Below are positions 51,567-61,337 of a stretch of DNA of 64,000 nt, piece by piece. The notes below the pieces were generated by a model, which was given only the letters and a program-made list of their open reading frames with translations, did no database searches and was not told where the DNA came from. Every line of letters begins with the position of its first letter. Position 1 is the stretch's first letter. The DNA comes from Oligoflexia bacterium (GTDB lineage Bacteria; Bdellovibrionota; Bdellovibrionia; JABDDW01). Where the stretch lies: NCBI GenBank assembly GCA_043732305.1, contig JAYTHU010000170.1:1-64000 (forward strand), given 5' to 3'. Made by a program: the position numbers and the translations under genes.

Positions 51567-52280
51567 TCACTTTTTAAGAAGGTCTTTCATAGAGTAGAGC
51601 CCAGCTTTTTGTTTAAGAATCCACCGGCTTGCAGCCAACGCACCTTCAGCAAAAAGGGCGCGTCCTTGAGCGTGATGTTCAAAACTCACCCATTCTCCTC
51701 CACCGAAAAAATAGACTTTATGTATACCGTAAACTTCTCCGCCGCGCAAACTAACGGGAGAAGAAACTTTTTGATTCGATTTTTTAACTTCTTCGACGGC
51801 ATCTTTTAAGAAAATAGCCGTTCCACTGGGCTTGTCTTTTTTATCTTTATGGTGAATCTCTTCAATTTCAATTTCGCAAGATCCGTAAGCTTTCAAAAAA
51901 GCTTGCATCGCCTCACGCATAGCATTCACACCCAAACTCATATTTGGGCTCATGAAGATAGGAATCTTCTTAGATGCTTTTTCAATCAGATTAAAATTTT
52001 TGAGTTTAAATCCAGTCGTTCCAATTACGATGGCTTTTTTCTTTTTCACGCACCAATCGACGATTTCCATCGTTCCTGCGGGACTAGAAAAATCAATGAC
52101 CACATCGGGCTTTCTTTGCTCTAAAGAAACTAGGCGAGTGTATGTTTCGAACTCGCCAACGCTGATTTTTTGATCTAGCCCGGCGCAAATTGTGAACTCA
52201 CCTTTTTGCTTTGCCAATAGAGCGATCTCTCGTCCCATTCTGCCACTGGCTCCGCTCAATGCAACTCTGATCACTTTCAT
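51567..52280 (-). CDS. dapB: 4-hydroxy-tetrahydrodipicolinate reductase
   Basis: GASGRMG, IDFS, GTTG, EIHHKDKKDKPSGTA. Confidence 0.95.
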   Translation of the reverse strand: MKVIRVALSGASGRMGREIALLAKQKGEFTICAGLDQKISVGEFETYTRLVSLEQRKPDVVIDFSSPAGTMEIVDWCVKKKKAIVIGTTGFKLKNFNLIEKASKKIPIFMSPNMSLGVNAMREAMQAFLKAYGSCEIEIEEIHHKDKKDKPSGTAIFLKDAVEEVKKSNQKVSSPVSLRGGEVYGIHKVYFFGGGEWVSFEHHAQGRALFAEGALAASRWILKQKAGLYSMKDLLKK

Positions 52281-53134
52281 AAAACTCCTGTTTGTTTTAA
52301 AACTTGCTTGGTTTTTTTCTTTAAATTTTCATCGAAAGGCACGAGCGGCAAGCGTAATTCATCACTCTTGATAATGCCCATTTCTTTCAGCGCCCACTTT
52401 ACAGGGATGGGATTAGACTCAGAGAATAATGCATGAGAAATAAGCTTTATTTTTTCAATGTCTTTGTCCGTCGCGTAGAGACACAGCCGAGGAACCACGT
52501 GAGAAATCACGCTAATGACACCGTGGGCACCAGCATTCATGGCGGACACAAATGTTTCATCGTCACCAGAGAGTATCGAAAAGCTTTTGGGCAGCACTTT
52601 GACCAAATCTTTAATGATGCTTAGATCACCGGTTGCTTCTTTAATGCCTACGATATTTTTTATTTTAGAAAGTTGCAGAACCGTCGAAACTTTTAAAGGC
52701 GTGACCGTACGCGAAGGAACGTTGTAAACAATGACTGGTTTCTTAGTGCTCTGAGCAATGATCTTGAAATGCTCAATGAGCCCACGCTGTGGAGGCTTAT
52801 TGTAATAAGGAGTTACTATTAAAAATCCTGATACTTTTGTTTTAGAAAAAAGCTTTGTCAGTGCCACGCTTTCCAAAGTGTTATTGGTCCCACTTCCCAT
52901 GATCACGGGAACTTCGCCGGAAACTTCAGAAAGTACAAAATTCAAAAGTTTTGATTTTTCCTTAACTGTCAAAGTGGCGGCTTCACCTGTGGAGCCTGAA
53001 ACAACTAAACCTTGAATGCCCGCGTCTATCTGATGCTTGATAAGATTGCGCAAAGATTTAAAATCGATTTTGCCGCGATAAAAAGGGGTGACAAGTGCGG
53101 TGCTCACGCCTTTAAAGAAAATTTCTTTCTTCAT
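52277..53134 (-). CDS. dapA: 4-hydroxy-tetrahydrodipicolinate synthase
   Basis: ALVTPF, GSTGE, PYYNKP, YNVPSRT, GIKEA. Confidence 0.96.
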   Translation of the reverse strand: MKKEIFFKGVSTALVTPFYRGKIDFKSLRNLIKHQIDAGIQGLVVSGSTGEAATLTVKEKSKLLNFVLSEVSGEVPVIMGSGTNNTLESVALTKLFSKTKVSGFLIVTPYYNKPPQRGLIEHFKIIAQSTKKPVIVYNVPSRTVTPLKVSTVLQLSKIKNIVGIKEATGDLSIIKDLVKVLPKSFSILSGDDETFVSAMNAGAHGVISVISHVVPRLCLYATDKDIEKIKLISHALFSESNPIPVKWALKEMGIIKSDELRLPLVPFDENLKKKTKQVLKQTGVL

Positions 53135-53964
53135 ACGCGCACCTTTAGAATCTCGGGATGCAGCTCACCAGAGCAAACATATTCCGCAGGCCCTTTAAGT
53201 TTTGCCCAAGAGAAATTATCTCCAAAGGTCACGCACAAAAGTCCGCCAGGCATCATCACTTCGATAGGTGAAGCTTCTCCCATGACCACCGCTTGTGCCG
53301 CAGCCGCAACGGCTCCAGTTCCACATGCCAAGGTCACACCTTCGACACCACGTTCATAAGTAGCCGCCTGAACTTTAGATTTGTCGATGATTTCAAAAAA
53401 TGTAGCATTGGCTCCATTAGTTTTTTTAAAAAAATCATGATTGCGTAAATATTCACCCATTTCATTCAAGTACTCATTGCTCCAGTCATCAGTTTGCTTG
53501 ACGACATGAGGAACTCCGGTGTCCCAGTAACCCACTTGAACTTTAATATGTTCGCCAACCGGGACATCTAAAGATTTGAACATCATCTTTGGTTTGGTCA
53601 TTTGTACTTCAACCGTACTGTCATCATTTTGACCGGAGAGAGAAGCACTGACAATTCCCGCGATTGTTTCAAACTTCATTTCACGACCAGCGATTTTATT
53701 ATCAAAAGCATAGCGAGCCACACATCTTGAGCCGTTACCGCACATTTCCGCCACGCTTCCGTCAGCGTTATAAAAATCCCATTTGAAATCATTTTCCTTG
53801 TTTGCGGGAGCTTCAATAAAAAACAGCCCATCTGCGCCAATGCCGAAGTGCCGGTGACAAACTTTGATCGCAAAACTCACGCGATCCAAAGTAGGAAAGA
53901 AATTTTCTCGCGCGTCGATAATAATAAAATCATTTCCTGCGCCCGTCATTTTTGTAAAACGCAT
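53131..53964 (-). CDS. dapF: Diaminopimelate epimerase
   Basis: FTKMTGAGNDF, EMCGNGSRC, YERGVEGVTLACGTG. Start set to MRFTK. Confidence 0.96.
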   Translation of the reverse strand: MRFTKMTGAGNDFIIIDARENFFPTLDRVSFAIKVCHRHFGIGADGLFFIEAPANKENDFKWDFYNADGSVAEMCGNGSRCVARYAFDNKIAGREMKFETIAGIVSASLSGQNDDSTVEVQMTKPKMMFKSLDVPVGEHIKVQVGYWDTGVPHVVKQTDDWSNEYLNEMGEYLRNHDFFKKTNGANATFFEIIDKSKVQAATYERGVEGVTLACGTGAVAAAAQAVVMGEASPIEVMMPGGLLCVTFGDNFSWAKLKGPAEYVCSGELHPEILKVRV

Positions 53965-53965
53965 A

Positions 53966-54226
53966 TTAGTCTTCATCGTTTTGGCCATTCGTGGAATTGA
54001 CAGGTTGGTCACGTTTTGATTTCTTGGCTTTTGAATTTACAGGCGCTTCGGGTTTTATTTCCGGATCGCCTTCACCTTCTCCTGTTTGAGGAGTGTAAAG
54101 AGGTCGGCCATGTCCAATGTCATCGGGACTAGCAGGAGGCTGAGGATCATTTTTGACCCCACAACTAACTACAAGCGATGAAACTACAATTAAAACGAAT
54201 GAGAAAATTAGGTTTTTTATTTTCAT
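53966..54226 (-). CDS. Small lipoprotein, LptM/LppL(YifL)-like
   Basis: VVSCGVK...PLYTP, directly upstream of dapF. Confidence 0.6.
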   Translation of the reverse strand: MKIKNLIFSFVLIVVSSLVVSCGVKNDPQPPASPDDIGHGRPLYTPQTGEGEGDPEIKPEAPVNSKAKKSKRDQPVNSTNGQNDED

Positions 54227-55038
54227 AGAATTTTTTCTTTCGCCCGACTGCATAGGGAGGGGTCTCGAAGATTTATTTTTTTAGTCTTACATAACTCGTT
54301 GTATTTCAATATAAGTTTCTGGTCATCGAGAGATGAGGCCTGTAATTCGTTCATGTAATAATAAGCTTCCGCATAACTCTTATCTTTGCCAATGGAAGTG
54401 TCAAAATTTTTCTTCGCTTCGTCTAATTTTCCCAATTTCATTGCCGCTATTCCTCTAAAATAATAATCGAGAGCATTAGCCGAGCCAGAAGAGACCATCG
54501 CATCTGCTGTAACAAGTGCTTCGGCCCACGAGTCGGAAGCAATTTCTAAAGCAAGCTTGTCTCGTGAGAGTTCGTCATCGAGCGGATTGATTTGCAAGGC
54601 CCGAACATTTGCCTCAACGGCCAACTTTATTTTTTTAGTCCAAAACAAAGCCAGACTCAGATTGTGAAGAACCTCTGTGTTGCTTTTTTCAGTCTCATCG
54701 GCTTCCGTGAATTTATCCACAGCCTCCTGATATTTTTCTTTTTCTAGAAAATCTTTCCCAACTAAAAAATTTTGGAAACCTTTGTCCGAGTAATAGTTTT
54801 TTGAAAAATAAAAAAGGCGCTCTTTGAGGAATGCCGCATCCGCACCTTTAGATTTTCGATGAGCTTCGAAAAGAGTGTAACAAGCAAGAAGGCGATCTTG
54901 CACCAGGGTTGAATTTTCGGCTTTTTTAACTGCCTGTGAAGCTTTAGAGGACTGCCCTTGCGAAGCAGCCGGAGGGGTAAAGAGTAAGAATAAAATGATA
55001 AACGAAACCACTAAAGCATTCATGTTTAACCTCAACAT
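54223..55038 (-). CDS. Exported TPR-repeat protein
   Basis: Signal peptide; ALQINPLD, YYFRGIAAMKLGKLDEA, YAEAYY. Confidence 0.8.
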   Translation of the reverse strand: MLRLNMNALVVSFIILFLLFTPPAASQGQSSKASQAVKKAENSTLVQDRLLACYTLFEAHRKSKGADAAFLKERLFYFSKNYYSDKGFQNFLVGKDFLEKEKYQEAVDKFTEADETEKSNTEVLHNLSLALFWTKKIKLAVEANVRALQINPLDDELSRDKLALEIASDSWAEALVTADAMVSSGSANALDYYFRGIAAMKLGKLDEAKKNFDTSIGKDKSYAEAYYYMNELQASSLDDQKLILKYNELCKTKKINLRDPSLCSRAKEKIL

Positions 55039-55068
55039 TGAAAGATTTGGCGATTTTAAATTTGAAAC

Positions 55069-57366
55069 TCAGTCCAAACTATTTGCTAAAACGCGGCGAG
55101 GCTTACTTCCATTAGATGGACTAACCACACCCTCATTTTCAAGCATCTCAATCAGCCTTGCGGCCTTAGGATACCCAAATCTGAATCGACGTTGCAATAG
55201 ACTTGCGCTGACTTCTTTTTGGCTGGCCACATAGGCAACCACTTGATCGTACTCTTGATCTAACTCAGGGCTATGATGTTGGTCTTCACCCTCTGGATTG
55301 TCTATTGCCGCCTGCAGGCTCTGGACGGCGGTTTGCTCAAATTGTGGCTCCCCTTGTTTCATCCAAAATTCAGTGACGCCATTGATTTCTTCGTCACGCA
55401 AAAAAGCCCCGTGATATCGTTGCGGCTGTGAAATTCCGGGCGCTAAATAGAGCATATCTCCAACGGAAAGAAGTCTCTCTGCTCCTCGAGAATCGAGAAT
55501 AATTGTCGAGTCCACTTTGCTGGCGACCTTGAAACTGATTCGACCAGGAAAATTGGTTTTAATTAATCCGGTAAGAACTTCTCTTCTGGGACTTTGCATG
55601 GCGATGACAATATGAATACCCGCCGCGCGAGCCATTTGAGCTAAACGCACCACAAGCGGTTCAATCGATGTTCGATCAACTGACATGAGATCAGCAAACT
55701 CTTCGATCACAGCGACAATATAAGGAAGTTGTTTTGCGTAATAGGATTGGCTCATAGTTTGAGGTTGCGATTCAAAAGCTTTTATTTTTTCCTCATGAAG
55801 CGTCGTTTCTTGTATCGAAAGCTTCCCAATAACTTCATTGAAACCTTCAATATTTTTACTGCCAAACTGACTCATGGATCTATAGCGTCTTTCCATTTCT
55901 TTTACTAACCAGCGCAAGGTGGTAACAGCTGGTTTAGTTTCTTTCACTGGAGGCATGAGCAAATGAGGGATTTTATGAAACGCGCTTAGATCCACTTGTT
56001 TAGGATCAATGATGATGAGCTTCAACGTTTTTGGAGAATGTCGCATGATGAGGCTTGTCACCAAAGACATTACAAAAACGCTCTTTCCAGAACCGGTTGT
56101 TCCAGCCACAAGCAAATGAGGAAGTTTTCTCAAATCAACAATTTTTGGTTCGCCTGTGACTGATTTTCCGAGAGCGATTGGGAGCTTAATGTCTGGCGAC
56201 CAGAAATCCGGCGATTCCAAAAGATCTTTCATATAGATGGGCTGACGAGTGCTGTTTGAAGTTTCAATCCCCACCACATCTCTGCCAGGGATTGGGGCAA
56301 TTATTCTTAGCGACTCTGCTGACAGTGCGAGAGAAAGATCGTCGTTAAGTTTTGTGATCTCATTGATTTTAACACTGGCTGCGGGCTTGAATTCATACAT
56401 TGTCACAGCTGGACCGGGTTTAACATCAACCACTTGCCCCGAGACATCAAACTCCGCTAATTTTTGTTCCACTAATTTAGCATTGCGATTGATCTCACGC
56501 TCATCGACTTTTTTTGTATCTGTAGGTGCATCAAGCAAAAGCTCCATTCCGGGGAGCTGCCAATTTTCGATTTGCATAACTGGACGTTGGGGCTTGGCTT
56601 TTACTTTTTCTGCTTTTGTTCTCGCCAGGTCTTTGAGGGAAAATTTCAGCAATGATTTAGGCGCTTGATCTTTTGATTCGAGCAGAACATCTTCGTCTGA
56701 AACTGGCTCAGCCTCGGCAAATGCTCCGGGAATCTCCTTCATAAAGCTGCGCTGAGGTTCCATTTGCCGTGGAGCCATCATCTTTAATCTCAATAAGGAT
56801 GCTTCTTGGCTCAGGCGTTTGGAGAAGGTCCATATCCAAGGCATCAAATCGCGAATTGGTTTTTCGGTGTAGAAGACCAAAAAAACTAAAAAGGCAGCCC
56901 ACAGAATAATAGCCACACCTGTTTTATTAAATCCGAGAACCAAGCCATGACTTAAAAGTAAACCGAGCGCACCTCCAAGAGAAACTTGGCCGCCGTAAAT
57001 TCGAGTCTGAGGAAAATGCAGAGCCATAAGACTACTCATAACTATCAAAAGAAGAATGACCCAAACCTTGCGCAATAGATTTGGTTTCCCACCTTGATCT
57101 TTGAAAGCTTTGATCGAAGCTCTCATCATCACTATGACAAAAACCCAAGCAACAATTCCGAACAAATAGAAAAGAAAATCACTAAGAAAACTTCCAAAGT
57201 AACCACAGAAATTTTGAACATGTCCTGCTTTGGCAAACTTTGAAAAACTATTTAGAGACGGATCTGACGGGTGATAGCTCACCAAAGACAGGCCTAAAAA
57301 TAAAGCGGAAGCGCCCCATATAACACCGTAAACATCCCTGCGGAATTTTTCGAAAAATTTTGCCAT
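55069..57366 (-). CDS. ftsK: DNA translocase FtsK
   Basis: N-terminal TM domain, PHLLVAGTTGSGKS, IDPK, gamma domain SLLQRRFRFGYPKAARLIE. Confidence 0.96.
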   Translation of the reverse strand: MAKFFEKFRRDVYGVIWGASALFLGLSLVSYHPSDPSLNSFSKFAKAGHVQNFCGYFGSFLSDFLFYLFGIVAWVFVIVMMRASIKAFKDQGGKPNLLRKVWVILLLIVMSSLMALHFPQTRIYGGQVSLGGALGLLLSHGLVLGFNKTGVAIILWAAFLVFLVFYTEKPIRDLMPWIWTFSKRLSQEASLLRLKMMAPRQMEPQRSFMKEIPGAFAEAEPVSDEDVLLESKDQAPKSLLKFSLKDLARTKAEKVKAKPQRPVMQIENWQLPGMELLLDAPTDTKKVDEREINRNAKLVEQKLAEFDVSGQVVDVKPGPAVTMYEFKPAASVKINEITKLNDDLSLALSAESLRIIAPIPGRDVVGIETSNSTRQPIYMKDLLESPDFWSPDIKLPIALGKSVTGEPKIVDLRKLPHLLVAGTTGSGKSVFVMSLVTSLIMRHSPKTLKLIIIDPKQVDLSAFHKIPHLLMPPVKETKPAVTTLRWLVKEMERRYRSMSQFGSKNIEGFNEVIGKLSIQETTLHEEKIKAFESQPQTMSQSYYAKQLPYIVAVIEEFADLMSVDRTSIEPLVVRLAQMARAAGIHIVIAMQSPRREVLTGLIKTNFPGRISFKVASKVDSTIILDSRGAERLLSVGDMLYLAPGISQPQRYHGAFLRDEEINGVTEFWMKQGEPQFEQTAVQSLQAAIDNPEGEDQHHSPELDQEYDQVVAYVASQKEVSASLLQRRFRFGYPKAARLIEMLENEGVVSPSNGSKPRRVLANSLD

Positions 57367-57528
57367 GCCTAATTGTATAGGAAAAATTATAATTTAGATG
57401 CGCGACCTAGGTACTATTGCAACGCATAATCAACAACTTAAAAACATTATGAGGGTGTTCGTACAGTTCTCTTGCAACTTCTTCGGCATAAATATATATC
57501 AAGTCCACCAACATTATAGGGGAACCGA

Positions 57529-57840
57529 ATGTCCAACAGTAACCAGTCGCAAAATTTGCTCGTGGCTAATTTGAATCAGATCAGTCTGGAAAAACTTGTC
57601 AAAAGCAAACTTGAGGTCATTTTGGAGCAACACAAAGCTGGTGGTCGAGTCAAAAATCTTTATAACCAAGTCTTGGAACAAGTGGAAAAACCCATGATCG
57701 AACTTGCGCTGAATGTTCATGCTGGTAATCAAATTAAAACTGCGGAATTTTTGGGAATCAACAGGAACACTTTGAGAAAAAAGATCACTATCTACAAAAT
57801 CAAGATTCGCAGTTTCACTGCACCAAAAGTCGCTAAGTAA
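57529..57840 (+). CDS. fis: Fis-family DNA-binding protein
   Basis: [14 protein letters not shown]...[20 protein letters not shown]. Confidence 0.88.
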   Translation: MSNSNQSQNLLVANLNQISLEKLVKSKLEVILEQHKAGGRVKNLYNQVLEQVEKPMIELALNVHAGNQIKTAEFLGINRNTLRKKITIYKIKIRSFTAPKVAK

Positions 57841-57852
57841 TCTGATTTAATT

Positions 57853-58095
57853 TTATTCGTGACCAAGTTCTTCGGGACTAATTTCTTCTTCAATAAGCAC
57901 ACCTTGATCAAATGCATCTTTAGCTTGAATAATGACATCTTTGAGATATTGAGAGAGAACCTGCCTCAGCTCTTCCATGGTCATATCACTAGCATTTAGT
58001 CCTTTTTTGCTTAGCAATTTCCCTAATTCGTTGGAAACCAAATTGGCAGGCAAACCAGTGGATTCTGTGACTTTTTTAAATAGTTCATTAGACAT
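57853..58095 (-). CDS. Small hypothetical protein
   Basis: MSNELFKKVTESTGLP...MTMEELRQVL; AGAGGGGG RBS. Confidence 0.65.
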   Translation of the reverse strand: MSNELFKKVTESTGLPANLVSNELGKLLSKKGLNASDMTMEELRQVLSQYLKDVIIQAKDAFDQGVLIEEEISPEELGHE

Positions 58096-58192
58096 AAAAG
58101 GCGTCCCCCTCTTGACCGACATCTGTTTAGACCCCATTATGTGAACATGGGGTTAATATCGAAGCAAAGGAATTCTTAAAAGGAGCCTGACT

Positions 58193-58900
58193 ATGCCATT
58201 CAAAGACAGTTTACAAACTCGCACGGTGAGCGGACTTGATATCTCTCGATTCTTATCCCGCGTGTACGGCTGGATGACTTTTGGACTGTTAATCACAGCG
58301 GTCACGGGCTACATGATTAGCTCAAACGCGGAACTTGCACATTCTCTGTTGCGAGGGCCCGGGCTTATTGTCGCCATAGTTTTGCAGTTTGGTTTAGTAA
58401 TTGCCCTTAGCGCAGGAATCAAACGCATGAGTGTAGGAACCGCAACCGCGTGTTTTCTGCTTTATTCTTTTGTCACCGGCGTGACCTTCTCTACAATATT
58501 TTTAGTTTATAAACTCGATACTATCGGCCAGGTATTTGCGATCACCGCTGGAACTTTCGGCACGATGGCCATCTACGGCTTTATCACTAAGCGCGATCTC
58601 TCAGGAATGGGAAGCTTCATGCTAATGGGATTGTTTGGCGTGATCATTGCCTCCGTAGTGAATATTTTTATGCATTCAGCGGGACTTGATTTTGCAGTTT
58701 CAATCTTATGCGTCGCCATTTTTTCCGGTCTTACCGCATGGGACGTGCAGAAATTAAAGCAGATTGCGGCAAGTGGAGATGTGGATAGTGATGAGTCTCA
58801 CAAAATGGCCATCTATGGAGCGCTCAGTCTTTATCTAGATTTTATCAATTTGTTCTTTGCTCTGTTACGAATTTTTGGTGGCGGCCGAAGTCGAGATTAA
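58193..58900 (+). CDS. Bax inhibitor-1/YccA family membrane protein
   Basis: RVYGWM, TKRDLS, LTAWDVQKLK, ALSLYLDFINLF. Confidence 0.93.
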   Translation: MPFKDSLQTRTVSGLDISRFLSRVYGWMTFGLLITAVTGYMISSNAELAHSLLRGPGLIVAIVLQFGLVIALSAGIKRMSVGTATACFLLYSFVTGVTFSTIFLVYKLDTIGQVFAITAGTFGTMAIYGFITKRDLSGMGSFMLMGLFGVIIASVVNIFMHSAGLDFAVSILCVAIFSGLTAWDVQKLKQIAASGDVDSDESHKMAIYGALSLYLDFINLFFALLRIFGGGRSRD

Positions 58901-58911
58901 GTTTCGACTTA

Positions 58912-59498
58912 TCAAGGCACCTTGATTACCGGCATGACTTTGTCTCTGGCAGCTCTCAAAATATAAACGGATTTTCCATCCTGATCAGGCCCTAAGCTCG
59001 CAGCTTGGAGAATCTCGTTTACCCATCCGTAAGTAGAATAGGCTCGACATAGAACTGCAAGAACTTCTTTGAATGTTGTCAGACTGAATTTTGGATCAAA
59101 AACAGGCGGAGCCACCAATGAAAAGATGCTGTGAGCCCGCGTGGGTAAGCACTGCTCCTTGGAAAGGACCGAGGATATTTTTTCCGTTAGTTTTAATTTC
59201 AACTATCGATTCAATTCCTCTTGGAGAAATAAGAGCGAGCCTGCCTTCAGGAGTTCTATTTTTGACCATGTTGAGAGCAATCGCAATCGTTCCATCTTCG
59301 AAAACGTAAGAGTTTGTCAAGACTGTTCTTTGGCTGGGCGAATAATCCACCTGGTGCATTTTTTTGACTATCCCGTGACTGAGTCTTTCCACATCAGCCG
59401 AGCCAATGAGTTTTGAGAGTGCGTCGTCACAAGGATTTGCTAACGTGGTTTTGCTGATAGCTAAAATTAAAAACATAGATATTGAGATTTTTTTTCAT
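58912..59498 (-). pseudogene. Secreted-protein gene broken by two single-base homopolymer frameshifts
   Basis: Removing one base from A8 after ATG 59498 and one from T5 near 59100 gives one ~194-aa ORF, MKKISISMFLILAISKTTLANPCDDALS...GGSACFDPKFS... Confidence 0.55.
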
Positions 59499-59515
59499 GA
59501 GGCACTGCCTGATTT

Positions 59516-60877
59516 TTAGTTATTTGAATGAACAGACGGAGCGGGCGCATGACCATCTGCCATTGCCAAATTTGTGAAGGTTCCGAAGTGCGATAGGAAC
59601 GTGACCTTAACTGATCCAACTGGACCGTTACGTTGCTTAGCTATGATGATTTCAGCTTGGCCTTTGTTGTCTGCGCTGTCGCGATCATAATATTCATCCC
59701 GATAAATCATGGCTATGACGTCAGCATCCTGCTCGATCGCACCTGATTCTCGAAGATCTGAAAGCATGGGACGTCGATCATTTCGACCTTCAACGCCTCG
59801 ATTGATCTGAGAGAGAACAACAACTGGTACGCCAAGTTCTTTCGCAAGTGCTTTCATGTTTCGAGACATTTCTGAAACTGCACGCTCGCGACTTTCGACT
59901 TTTACTTTTAAATCCATGATTTGAAGGTAGTCGACCATGATGAGATCAAGACCCTTTTGCGTTTTCAGTCGGCGAGCCTTTGCTCTGATTTCATAGGGAC
60001 TAATACCTGAAGTGTCATCGATGTAAAGTGGAGCATCACTGAAACGAGAAGCGACATTGATGAGTCTTGGCCAAAAGCTGTCTGCTACGCGGCCAGTTCT
60101 TAGATCACTGAGGTTGACGCGTGCTTCTGAAGCGAGCATTCGCATCATGACTGATTCCAAACCCATTTCTAAGGAAAAGAATGCGACTGATTTTTTCTCA
60201 CGCAACGCCACGTGTTGAGCGATGTTAAGCGCAAAAGCAGTTTTCCCCATGGAGGGCCGAGCTGCAATAATAACTAGATCTCCGGATTGAAGACCGGATG
60301 TCATCTTGTCAAAATCAGTGAAGCCCGTGGCCACACCGGTGACGGCTGCTTTTGCATTGTACATGTATTCGATTTTATCAAGACTGGCTTTGATGATGCT
60401 ACTCGCAGGAACAAGTCCTGCTTTTTTTGATTTTTCCGCGACTTGGAAAACACCAGACTCAGCTTCGTTAAGAAACTTGTCGAGATCTTCAAAATCTTGG
60501 TTGTAAGCTTTTTCGACGATCTCTGAGCAGATCGTGATGAGTCGACGAGTTGTCGACTTTTCTTTCACGATTTCTGCATAGTGAACAATATTTGCCGACG
60601 ACGGAGTTTGATCAACGATGGTGGCCAAATAAGATGTCCCGCCAATAGCATCGAGCTCTCCAGAATCCCGAAGAGACGACGTGATGGTCAGAAGATCTAC
60701 AGGTTGATTTTTAGTTTTAAGCCCCATCACCGTAGCGTAAATCTTACGGTGAGCGTTCTTATAAAAATCTTCCTCTGTGATCACATCCACAATGCGATCA
60801 AGCGCATCTGGATCAACCATGATGCCACCAAGGACGGATTGCTCCGCCTCTAAGTTTTGTGGAGGTATCTTTGACAT
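59516..60877 (-). CDS. dnaB: Replicative DNA helicase
   Basis: PPQNLEAEQSVLG, AARPSMGKT, DYLQ, SDLRESGAIEQDAD, KQRNGP; no intein. Confidence 0.98.
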   Translation of the reverse strand: MSKIPPQNLEAEQSVLGGIMVDPDALDRIVDVITEEDFYKNAHRKIYATVMGLKTKNQPVDLLTITSSLRDSGELDAIGGTSYLATIVDQTPSSANIVHYAEIVKEKSTTRRLITICSEIVEKAYNQDFEDLDKFLNEAESGVFQVAEKSKKAGLVPASSIIKASLDKIEYMYNAKAAVTGVATGFTDFDKMTSGLQSGDLVIIAARPSMGKTAFALNIAQHVALREKKSVAFFSLEMGLESVMMRMLASEARVNLSDLRTGRVADSFWPRLINVASRFSDAPLYIDDTSGISPYEIRAKARRLKTQKGLDLIMVDYLQIMDLKVKVESRERAVSEMSRNMKALAKELGVPVVVLSQINRGVEGRNDRRPMLSDLRESGAIEQDADVIAMIYRDEYYDRDSADNKGQAEIIIAKQRNGPVGSVKVTFLSHFGTFTNLAMADGHAPAPSVHSNN

Positions 60878-60881
60878 TTTT

Positions 60882-61325
60882 TTATTCGCGCTCGACGTTG
60901 ACCTTTATTTCGGTTTCAACTCCGGAGGCGATTCTAATAGTCACTCGATGTTGTCCCAAGATTTTGATGGGTTCAGAAATATGAATGTCACGTTTTTCAA
61001 TCGCAAATCCAGCTTTAACAAGTTCAATTGCGATATCACTGCTAGTGACTGATCCGAAAAGTTTATCGGTTTCGCCAGCTTGTGATTTTAAAGTCACAGT
61101 GTGTGCTCCCAATTTTTCAGCGATCTTCTTAGAAGCGCCAACTGCCTTTTTCTTTCTAGCTTCAGCCATGGCTTGAAGATGCTTGAATTCTTTTTCTCGG
61201 CCTTCGGTTGCAATCAATGCAAGTTTACGGGGGAGTAAAAAGTTACGTGCGTATCCATCAGAGACTTTTACGAGATCTCCAATTTTACCAACGGCAGCAA
61301 CATCTTGAGATAAAATAACTTTCAT
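60882..61325 (-). CDS. rplI: 50S ribosomal protein L9
   Basis: MKVIL...VSDGYARNFLLP...KLFGSVT. Confidence 0.98.
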   Translation of the reverse strand: MKVILSQDVAAVGKIGDLVKVSDGYARNFLLPRKLALIATEGREKEFKHLQAMAEARKKKAVGASKKIAEKLGAHTVTLKSQAGETDKLFGSVTSSDIAIELVKAGFAIEKRDIHISEPIKILGQHRVTIRIASGVETEIKVNVERE

Positions 61326-61337
61326 AAAGGCTCCTTT

